Assembly: GCA_903837605.1 (NCBI GenBank)
Contig: CAILVF010000012.1
Coordinates: forward strand, 15,679 to 79,678
DNA length: 64,000 bases
Origin: an uncultured Bacteroidales bacterium
GTDB taxonomy: Bacteria > Bacteroidota > Bacteroidia > Bacteroidales > FEN-979
Direction of reading: 5' to 3'
The stretch's first letter is position 1; the number at the start of each line of letters is the position of its first letter. Below the pieces are notes generated by a model that had not been told where the DNA came from, made no database searches, and was given only the letters and a program-made list of their open reading frames with translations. Both the position numbers and the translations under genes were made by a program. Of this stretch, positions 38,101-47,000 are shown piece after piece.

Positions 38101-41100
38101 ATGGCGAACGACGAACGCCCCTTGAACGAACGCCTCTCAGGTCTGAGCCCTGCACAGCTCAAAGCTCTGCTCAGGAAAGGTATTGAGGGCTCCGCCCCAA
38201 GGCCCGGAAAGCCCGGGCTTATGCCGCGCATGCCCGGGGGCACATACCCTCTCTCAAAAGCCCAGGAGAGGATGTGGTTCCTGAACATGCTCTCGGGAGG
38301 AGAGGCAATTTACAATAACCCTGCTGCCTTGCGTGTCAAAGGCTTATCCCCCCTGAATATTTCCACCCTCACCGCCAGCCTTGAAATGCTGATGGCCAGG
38401 CACGAAATCCTCAGGACCACCTTCATGATTGAAAACGGTTCACCGGTCCAGGTTATCCACCCCGAAGGCAAAGCCTTCATCCGGTACGTCGATCTTCGCG
38501 GGATGCCATCAGCAGAAAGGGAAAAAAAGGCAACGGAAGAAGCGCTTGCACACGGAAAAACATTCATCCCCCTCGACAGCCTGCCGCTGTTGCGTTTTAC
38601 GGTGCTGCATCTGCAGGACCTTGAATACATGCTGCTCATCAACCCCCACCACATCATTTCCGACGGATGGTCGAACGCCCTGTTCGCGAAGGAACTCAGC
38701 ATGACTTATGCCAGCCTTGAATCCGGTGAAGCACCACCCTTTCCCGTGCCGGAATACCAATACGTCGATTTTGTAAAATGGGAGAAGGAATGGATGGCCT
38801 CCGAAGCAAGCAGGGGGCAGATGGATTTCTGGAAGGCCCAGCTTTCCGGCCTGCCGGAGCCTCTGAAGCTTCCGCTTGACTTTCCCCGCCCCCCGGTCAT
38901 GAGCTACAGGGGAAGCAGGGAGTTCAGCCTCATCGGCAGCGTGGAAGCCGACCTGCTCAGGAATTTCTGCCAGAAGAACAATATCACGATGTTTCACCTG
39001 CTTTTCGGGGCGTTCTCATTGCTGATGTCAAAATACAGCGGACAAGATGATATCATCTTGGGCATGCCCGTGGCCAGGCGAAACCAGCTCTGGTTCCAGA
39101 ATGCCATGGGCCTGTTCATCAACACCCTTCCGCTGAGGGTCAGGATAGATGAAACCATCCCTGCAATGGAATTCCTGCAATACATCAAATCCTATTCCCA
39201 GCAGGCCATGCTGAGGCAGGAGCTTCCCTTTGAGAAGCTGATCGAAGAAGTTAACCCTGACCGCAACCTGGGCAGCAACCCGGTGTTCCAGGTCCATTTC
39301 GTCTACCAGAACATCCCTTCCCTATACAGTGTGAAGGGGATGGAGGTTAAGCCTGAGAATATCGACTATTCCTTCTCGAAGTTTGACCTGAACTTCTGGG
39401 TCGAGGAGGCCAACCGGGAATTGATACTGTCGGCTACATATCCTTCCGACATTTTCCTGCCGGAGACCGTATCGCAGATCATAAGCAATTACTGGCGGCT
39501 GCTTGGATCCATTACTTCCGCCCCGGGAGAATGCTGCGGGAAGCTAAGTGTTTTCCACGAAGACCAGCTTTCGTCCTTTGAAGGCCCGCACAGGGATTTC
39601 GGCTTCAGCGGGGGCAATCCCTGGCTCACGGCTTTTGATTCATGCGTAAAGAAATTCCCGGGGAACATGGCTGTAAGGGATGTTTCAGGATCCCTGACCT
39701 ATGCCGGGCTTGATGAGGAATCCGGTCTTCTGGCCCATCAGCTCAGGGAAGCAGGTGTAAGGAAGGGTGACCTTGTAGGGCTGCTCATGCCCCGAGACCT
39801 TTCCCTGGTGACAGCCATCATCTCCATATTCAAATGCGGGGCTGCCTACGTCCCCATGGATTCCGCATTTCCGGCTGAAAGGCTGGAATTCATGGCAAGG
39901 GACGCGGGTTTAAAAGGGATACTGAAGAAGGATGGTTTCCAGCGGCGTAAATATCTTCCGGAAACACGGGCCATCCTGCGCCCTGATGACCTGGCTTATC
40001 TCATTTATACTTCGGGCACCACGGGGGTCCCTAAAGGCGTTTGCGTGGGCAATGAACAGCTCTATAATTACTCCATGGCGGTATGGGAAAGAATGAAACT
40101 CGGTCCGGGAGATTCCTGCGCCACCATTTCTTCCATCGCCTTCGACCTGGGCAACACTTCCATTTTCCCGCCCCTGCTTCATGGAGCCGGGGTCGTGGTA
40201 GTGCCCGAAGAATATTCCACTGATGCTTCCCTGCTTGCAGGCTGGTTTGCAGTACATCCCGTCGACTGCCTCAAGATCGTTCCTTCTCATCTTTTAAGTT
40301 TGCTTTCTTCATTGAAGGCGGATGACATCCTCCCGAAAAAACTTCTGGTTACCGGCGGTGAGAAATGCACAGATTCTCTTGCCGCCAGGGTAAGGTCCCT
40401 TTCTCCGGCACTGAGGATCATCAACCATTACGGCCCCACCGAGGCAACCGTGGGAGCACTTACCTGGGAGCTGCCTTCCGGGACTGCGCCTGCATCTCCG
40501 GCAAACAGGGATGCTTTCCCCATAGGCTTTCCACTACCCAATACCAGGGTATATATCACAGACCGCGGGATGAACCTTCTTCCCAAAGGAGCGGAAGGGG
40601 AGATCATACTGGGAGGCAGGCAGATCGCATACGGTTACCTTGACCGGCCGGATCTGAGCCGCGAGAAATTTACCGAAGACCCACGGCACCCGGGGGAGAC
40701 GCTGTACCATACGGGCGACCTCGGGAAGATGGCCGGTGACGGATCTGTCATATTCCTCGGCAGGAAAGACGACCAGGTCAAAGTAAGAGGCTACAGGGTT
40801 GAAATGAGGGAGGTGGAGCAAACCATGGAACAGCATCCTTCAATCAGCAGGGCGGTCGTTGTTTTGCCTGACGGACAGGACCTGCTGAGCACCCTGAATG
40901 CTGCGGTCATACTTGCGGATGATGTTTCTTTTGACGAATCCGCCTACCGGAACTGGCTGGCACAGCGGCTGCCGTCATACATGATCCCTTCTTCGATACG
41001 TGTGGTCAGAAGCCTGCCCCTTACCCCGAACGGGAAGACCGACCTGAAGCAGCTCAGGGCCTTGTTCAGGGGGGAAGCCGGTAGCGGATCCGCATCCATG

Positions 41101-42210
41101 GCTCCAAGGGATATCACCGAACTAAAGCTGCTGCAGATATTCGGAGAAGTGCTGGGAAAGGGTTCTTTCGGGATCACCGATTCTTTCTTCGACCTGGGGG
41201 GGCATTCACTGCTTGCCATCCGTTTGTTTTCGGGAATAGAAAAGGAATTCGGGATCCATCTACCTCTTGCCGCCCTGTTCAGCAGGAGCAGCGTCAAAGC
41301 CCTGGCGGAGGCTGTCAGGAACGAGGGATTAACCTTGAAGGAAAGTTCGCTGGTAAACATCAGGCCGGGGGAGGGAGTGAAAAAACTGTACCTCGTGCAT
41401 CCTGCGGGGGGCAATGTGCTTTGTTATTTTGAGCTGGCGAAGCAGCTCCCCGCATGGATCTCCGTTTACGGTTTGCAGGCCTCGGGACTCGCAGGAAAGA
41501 CCGTCGACAGCGTGTCGGACATGGCACGTATATACCTGGAAGAAATTGGGCAGGGCGTCGAAGCAGCTGACATGATTTTCGGGGGCTGGTCCATGGGGGC
41601 GCTGGTTGCCTTTGAAATGGCCAGGCAGGTGAAACAGAACACAGGCATCAGCCCTGGCCTGATGATCATCGACCAGCTTGCTCCTTCAGATACGTCGCTC
41701 TCCATTCCAATGGAAAAAGCCGATCCGGTCAGCAGGATGCTTGCCTTTGCCGGAAAAGTGGCCCACCTCGTCGGCAAGCCGCTCGGGATCACCGAAGCCG
41801 ACCTGAGAGGAAAAGATCCCATGGAACAATCAGGGGTTTTTCTCGAAACTTTTATCCGGGTTGGCCTGGTCCCTGAAGACATGAAAGTTTCACAGTTCCA
41901 CGGTTACCTGGATACCATGATCCACCATAATGAGATAACATCCGAATGCAGGCCCGGTATTTTCGAAGGGCCGGCTCTCCTGCTCAGGGCCATAGACAGC
42001 CTCGAGCTGCCGGGCACTTCCAGTGATCATACAGTACGCGCCCCCGACCTGGGCTGGGGGAGATACATACCCGGGAACCTCCTTGTCAGGAACATCCCCG
42101 GGAATCATGTTTCGGTAATGGCCCGGCCCTGGGTAAAGGCTGTGGCCGGTTGCCTTGAAGAATGGCTGGGAACGGAGAACGGACATCCGCAAACAAAAAA
42201 AGAAGTATGA
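38101..42210 (+). CDS. nonribosomal peptide synthetase termination module (C-A-T-TE)
   Basis: C: HHIISDGWS. A: YLIYTSGTTGVPKGV, NHYGPTE, GRKDDQVKVRGYRVE, PNGKTDL. T: FFDLGGHSLLA. TE: GGWSMGA with downstream Asp (IIDQ) and His (PGNHVSVM). Confidence 0.95.
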   Translation: MANDERPLNERLSGLSPAQLKALLRKGIEGSAPRPGKPGLMPRMPGGTYPLSKAQERMWFLNMLSGGEAIYNNPAALRVKGLSPLNISTLTASLEMLMARHEILRTTFMIENGSPVQVIHPEGKAFIRYVDLRGMPSAEREKKATEEALAHGKTFIPLDSLPLLRFTVLHLQDLEYMLLINPHHIISDGWSNALFAKELSMTYASLESGEAPPFPVPEYQYVDFVKWEKEWMASEASRGQMDFWKAQLSGLPEPLKLPLDFPRPPVMSYRGSREFSLIGSVEADLLRNFCQKNNITMFHLLFGAFSLLMSKYSGQDDIILGMPVARRNQLWFQNAMGLFINTLPLRVRIDETIPAMEFLQYIKSYSQQAMLRQELPFEKLIEEVNPDRNLGSNPVFQVHFVYQNIPSLYSVKGMEVKPENIDYSFSKFDLNFWVEEANRELILSATYPSDIFLPETVSQIISNYWRLLGSITSAPGECCGKLSVFHEDQLSSFEGPHRDFGFSGGNPWLTAFDSCVKKFPGNMAVRDVSGSLTYAGLDEESGLLAHQLREAGVRKGDLVGLLMPRDLSLVTAIISIFKCGAAYVPMDSAFPAERLEFMARDAGLKGILKKDGFQRRKYLPETRAILRPDDLAYLIYTSGTTGVPKGVCVGNEQLYNYSMAVWERMKLGPGDSCATISSIAFDLGNTSIFPPLLHGAGVVVVPEEYSTDASLLAGWFAVHPVDCLKIVPSHLLSLLSSLKADDILPKKLLVTGGEKCTDSLAARVRSLSPALRIINHYGPTEATVGALTWELPSGTAPASPANRDAFPIGFPLPNTRVYITDRGMNLLPKGAEGEIILGGRQIAYGYLDRPDLSREKFTEDPRHPGETLYHTGDLGKMAGDGSVIFLGRKDDQVKVRGYRVEMREVEQTMEQHPSISRAVVVLPDGQDLLSTLNAAVILADDVSFDESAYRNWLAQRLPSYMIPSSIRVVRSLPLTPNGKTDLKQLRALFRGEAGSGSASMAPRDITELKLLQIFGEVLGKGSFGITDSFFDLGGHSLLAIRLFSGIEKEFGIHLPLAALFSRSSVKALAEAVRNEGLTLKESSLVNIRPGEGVKKLYLVHPAGGNVLCYFELAKQLPAWISVYGLQASGLAGKTVDSVSDMARIYLEEIGQGVEAADMIFGGWSMGALVAFEMARQVKQNTGISPGLMIIDQLAPSDTSLSIPMEKADPVSRMLAFAGKVAHLVGKPLGITEADLRGKDPMEQSGVFLETFIRVGLVPEDMKVSQFHGYLDTMIHHNEITSECRPGIFEGPALLLRAIDSLELPGTSSDHTVRAPDLGWGRYIPGNLLVRNIPGNHVSVMARPWVKAVAGCLEEWLGTENGHPQTKKEV
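38233..39540 (+). other. NRPS2 condensation domain
   Basis: HHIISDGWS at aa 183-191. Confidence 0.85.
39613..41055 (+). other. NRPS2 adenylation domain A3 (hand-read code DLTKVGHVGK, Asp-like)
   Basis: Code residues come from IAFDLGNTS, CLKIVPS, LLVTGGE, INHYGPTEATVG and the Lys of PNGKTDL. Compare the published Asp code DLTKVGHIGK. Confidence 0.7.
41098..41316 (+). other. NRPS2 thiolation domain
   Basis: FFDLGGHSLLAI; Ser1036. Confidence 0.85.
41368..42165 (+). other. NRPS2 thioesterase domain
   Basis: GxSxG (GWSMG, Ser1164), Asp1191 and His1336, spaced as in alpha/beta-hydrolase TE domains. Confidence 0.8.
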
Positions 42211-42980
42211 AATTGCCGCAGGGTTCATTCCTTTCATCGGCCCGTATCGGGACCAGTGATGAACTGCAGTTTGCAGGGATGGCAATTTTGCCCATCATGC
42301 AGGGCATGCCGGCAGGCGAGGAATTGACCGAACTCCTTCACACTGAGGAAAAGGAAAGGGCTGCCGCTTTCGCCTCGGAATCGCGCAGGACTTCCTTTAT
42401 TTATGGCAGGATAGCGGCAAAGCTGGCTATTCTGGAGGTATTCCCCGAAGCTGTTGCTCAGGAGATCAATATAGTGAACGGCGCTATAGGAGAGCCTGTC
42501 ATTGAATGGCCCGGGCATGAATATTCCGTTTCCGTTTCTCATTCAGAACATCATAGTGCCGGCCTGGTGTTTCCCACCGGCTTGCTGATGGGGATCGACA
42601 TTGAAACGCCGGAAGAAAAGAACCGCAGCATAATACCATCCATTTTAAGCCCGGATGAAATGGAACTGGTAAAAGCTGCTAATAATTCGATTGAGTTCCT
42701 GCATCTGCTCTGGACGGCAAAAGAGGCAGCCGGAAAGGCAAACGGGTTTGGATTCAGGCTCCCGGCAGAGAAGTATGAAATTGAAACTGAAGTTTCAGTT
42801 AACCACGATGGCGTTCGCTATTTTCTGAGCCGTTTCAAACATTTAAACGGAGTGGATGCCATTACACGAAATCTCGGCGGGGCTGTTCTGTCGGTTGCTT
42901 TTCCAACTGGGCACTATTTCCAGGATCAGGTTATAAGGCTTTTAAGTATACAACCAATGGAAAAGGACCCGGTTTTTTAA
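42207..42980 (+). CDS. Sfp-type 4'-phosphopantetheinyl transferase
   Basis: The ATG at 42207 overlaps the NRPS2 stop (ATGA). Motifs: SVSHSEHH, GIDIE, WTAKEAAGKA. The listed upstream start at 42162 lies inside the NRPS2 gene. Confidence 0.8.
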   Translation: MKLPQGSFLSSARIGTSDELQFAGMAILPIMQGMPAGEELTELLHTEEKERAAAFASESRRTSFIYGRIAAKLAILEVFPEAVAQEINIVNGAIGEPVIEWPGHEYSVSVSHSEHHSAGLVFPTGLLMGIDIETPEEKNRSIIPSILSPDEMELVKAANNSIEFLHLLWTAKEAAGKANGFGFRLPAEKYEIETEVSVNHDGVRYFLSRFKHLNGVDAITRNLGGAVLSVAFPTGHYFQDQVIRLLSIQPMEKDPVF

Positions 42981-42992
42981 CCATTAAAAGGA

Positions 42993-43826
42993 ATGTCTAT
43001 GAAACTGGAAGATTTGATTAAACCGGCTTCCTCCTGCGACAGTGCGGGCATTATGCCATTACTCTTTGTAGGGCACGGCAGCCCGATGAATGCGATAGAG
43101 GACAATGTCTTCTCCCGGAAGTGGACCGAAATCGGCAAAACGCTTCCAAAGCCTAAAGCGATTTTATCCGTTTCTGCTCATTGGGAGACGAAAGGGGTGC
43201 ATGTAACAGCTATGAAACATCCGAAAACCATCCATGATTTTGGGGGATTTCCAAAGGAATTATATGAAGTTGAGTATCCTGCGGAAGGAAGCCCGGAGCT
43301 GGCTTCCGAAACCGCGGATCTTCTTCGCCCTGCAGAGGTGTTGTCCGACCAAAACTGGGGGCTTGACCATGGCAGCTGGAGTGTGCTTAAACGGATGTAC
43401 CCCATGGCCGATGTCCCGGTATTCCAGCTGAGCCTGGATTATTCGCGTTCCCCTGAATCGCATTACCTGCTTGCAAAGGAACTGGCGCCCCTTCGCGAAA
43501 AAGGGGTGCTGATCCTCGGAAGCGGGAACCTGGTTCATAACCTCAGGATGGTTGCATGGGACAAGCTAAACGAACCAGGGTATGGTTACGACTGGGCGCT
43601 GGAGGCCGATGGGAAAATGAAACAACTTATTCTTGCAGGCAACCATAAGGCCCTGATCGATTTTCGTTCACAGGGCAGGGCTTTCGATCTGGCCATCCCG
43701 ACTCCGGAACATTTTCTACCCCTGCTGTATATCCTGGGGCTGAAGAAAGACCATGAGCAGATCGAATTCTTCAATGAGCAGGCAGTTGCTGGGTCGCTTA
43801 CCATGACCTCGCTGAGGATAGGCTGA
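42993..43826 (+). CDS. class III (LigB-type) extradiol dioxygenase, YgiD / DOPA 4,5-dioxygenase-like
   Basis: LFVGHGSPMNA, SVSAHWET and NWGLDHGSW(S)VL are characteristic of the YgiD/DODA-like LigB subfamily. It lies 12 nt after the PPTase gene. Confidence 0.75.
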   Translation: MSMKLEDLIKPASSCDSAGIMPLLFVGHGSPMNAIEDNVFSRKWTEIGKTLPKPKAILSVSAHWETKGVHVTAMKHPKTIHDFGGFPKELYEVEYPAEGSPELASETADLLRPAEVLSDQNWGLDHGSWSVLKRMYPMADVPVFQLSLDYSRSPESHYLLAKELAPLREKGVLILGSGNLVHNLRMVAWDKLNEPGYGYDWALEADGKMKQLILAGNHKALIDFRSQGRAFDLAIPTPEHFLPLLYILGLKKDHEQIEFFNEQAVAGSLTMTSLRIG

Positions 43827-43984
43827 ACTGAACAGTCCTTCGGGCAGGAGGTTGTTTGTATTTGCCCGGTCCGGTACATTGAGTGTATCTTACCCCTCTT
43901 ATTAGGGTTTACCCTAACTCATTTATAGACCTATCCGACACCATTTTAAGAGTTTACCCTCTAGTAATTCGAATTTTTTGAAGC

Positions 43985-43992
43985 TACATTTG
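43985..43992 (+). promoter_or_regulatory. Bacteroidota -7 promoter motif (TAnnTTTG) upstream of the second beta-helix adhesin gene
   Basis: Exact TACATTTG lies about 78 nt upstream of the signal-peptide-encoding ATG at 44070. Confidence 0.4.
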
Positions 43993-44069
43993 TTACTGGC
44001 GTAAAAATGTTGAATTACTCATATGATGCGTATGGTCCCTCCAACTCAGGCCATTTAAATTCAGAAAAT

Positions 44070-47000
44070 ATGAAACATAGAATTTTACTCTCTCTGCTGG
44101 TCCTGCTGAGCGGAAGCATGTTGCTGAATGCACAGGTCACAGTAAGCGGAGCACATGCTTCTTCCAATGGAACTTATACTAAGTTAAGTCTGGCTTTTAC
44201 AGCTATCAACAATTACTCACAAACTGGGAATAATATTGTTATTACTATCACCAGTTCTCCAACTGCAGAAACGGGACCAGCAACCCTCAATGCTGGCGCA
44301 TGGACTTCCGTGAGTATTTATCCAAAAAGTGCAGATTTATCCATCAGCGGAAATATTTCTAGCAACCCGCTTATCGATCTCAACGGAGCCGATAATGTGA
44401 CTATTGATGGACGGGAAAATGCAACAGGATTCAAAGTCAGTCTTGTAATCTCCAATTCAAGCACTTCCTCAGGGAATAATACATCTACAATCAGGTTCAA
44501 CAATGATGCCACTTATAACACCATCAAATACTGTAAAATCCAGGGGTCTACAACAACCGGAGACCAGGGAATACTATCCTTTAAAAATACAGCCACTACT
44601 ACCGGAAACAGCAACAACACCATCGATCATAACGAAATTACCAATGCAGCAGGAAACAGGCCCCGGAACGCGCTGTTTTCCTGTGGCAAAAGTGAGGCTG
44701 TCCCGAACAGTTCAAACACTGTAAGTAACAACAATATTTATGATGTGTTAAATCTCAGCCAGAATTATACCAAAGCGATCGCCCTTTACACTTCAAATGA
44801 TGCGGCTCCTAACAACAGTTATAATACGGTCTGGACGATAAGCGGAAACAGTTTTTATGAAACACAAGACATCACCACCTCTGGTTCTAACGGAGACGTT
44901 AAGCTTATCTTTGTTTGGGCCGATCAGGGCAGCGGTTTCACCATTTCAAATAATTATATAGGGGGAAGCGGCCCGCTATGCAGTGGAACATGGACCAAGG
45001 CAAACGGAAATAGCAGCTTTATTGTAATGTGGCTTAACGCCAAGCAGGCCGGATTAACGAATTCTATCCAGGGAAATACTATCAAAAATTTTAACCTTAC
45101 CAATTCGGGAGCCGCTTCCTTGTCTGGAATTTACGCTAATGGTGGTGACAATAATGTTTCAAACAACTGCATTGGTGCATCTACAGGCACTGGTTCCATT
45201 ATTTTGACAAATGGCTCAACCGGTGGATCGTTTGTAGGAATCAATCAAGGAGTTTATTGTTCCTCAACCTGCAGCAATAATACGATTGGATCCATTACTG
45301 TTGCAAACAGCAACTCTGCATATGCAACAAATTTTATAGGTATTGATATTGGGTCGTCCTGCGGTACAGGTTCTGCCAGTAATAACCTTATCGGAAGCAC
45401 TATGACGACAAACAGCATCAATGCGACTTCTGCCTCCAATTCAAATGCACAGACGGTGATAGGAATTAGAAGTTATGGCAGTGCAACTGTTAACATCTCA
45501 AATAACAATATAGCCAATCTGACCAATGGAACCACAAATACTACAACTACGACACAAGGTTATATTTACGGAATCTATCCTTTTCAGGGAGTCAACATCA
45601 TAACGGGAAACAGCATTCACGACCTGACCATTGCGAATGCGAATGATGGATCCGGTCCTGTCATTTCAACTGGCTTTCCAAACACATCGCTTTCTGTCGG
45701 AGGAATTGTTGCTCCGATATACAATGGGAATAACCAAACTATTTCAAACAACACAATTTATAACATATCCAATTCATATTCCTCTTTTACCGGACATTTA
45801 GCCGGGATATATCATTATGGACAATCCTCGGCCAGTTCTGTGAACGGCAATTTAATTTATGGGCTAAGTGTCAGTTCAAGCAGTACCTCTGCCAGTGTCC
45901 ATGGAATCAAGATCGGCCAGGGTGGTACGACCTATTCAAACAACATTATTATTCTGGGAGGCAATACCACAACCAATCTGTATGGAATTTATGAATCAGG
46001 GGCTGCAAGTACGACGAGTTATATTTACTTTAATACCGTTTATCTAAGTGGTTCACCAACTTCAGGTTCCCTGAATAGCGCCTGTCTTTATAATGCGTCG
46101 ACTTCCAGTACAAGGAATTTCAGGAATAATATTTTTCATAATGCTCGATCGAATAGTGGGGCTTCAGGTAAGCATTATGCAATGTATATTCAAAATACTG
46201 GTGGAGGTCTAACTTGCGACTACAATGACTACTATGTCACCGGTACAGGCGGTACGCTTGGATATTATGGGGCAGATAAATCAACATCTGTTATCGTGAC
46301 CGGACAAGACACCTACAGTCTGAACCTGAATCCTTCTTTTGCGAATGCCGGAGGGAATAATGGAGTAGACTACATTCCTTCAACACCAATACCTGCCGCA
46401 ACCGAAACAGGGATCATAACAGACTATGGCGGAAGTACGCGTTCGCTCTTGTCTCCTGAAATGGGTGCCTGGGAAAAGAACAATACTCTTACATGGACTG
46501 GATCTTCTTCCACTGATTGGTCCGTTGCAGGGAACTGGGACCTGGGTTCTGCACCTCTGGCCTCATCTATCGTCAGCATCCCTTCGGCTCCTGCCAATCA
46601 ACCACATATTACTTCATCAGTCAGCAGTCCTGCCACGTGCAATAACCTGACCATTGCATCCGGTGCGGTATTGACGATCGATCCAGGCAAAGCCCTCACG
46701 GTCAACGGTACCCTTACGAACAGTGCAGGGAACAGCGGACTGGTAATAAAAAGTGATGTTCCCGGCACTGGCTCTCTAATACAGAGTTCGTCTTCAGTTG
46801 ACGCAACAATTGAAAGGTACATCTCAGGAAGCTCAACATTAACGGCCAATATGTATCATATGGTCTCCATCCCAGTCTACTATGGCAGTCCGACTTCAAA
46901 CCTTTTCCTTGGCTCCTATCTGTATAAACTGGACGCCACACAGGTCGATCCTACTAATAGTAATTACTATGGATTATGGGTCAATATGGGAACTTCGACA

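Noticed and set aside
43827-43870. Possible terminator hairpin after the dioxygenase gene (CAGTCCTTCGGGCAGG).
   Set aside because: Only 2-3 bp can pair around the TTCG loop, and there is no T-tract. It is not a convincing intrinsic terminator.
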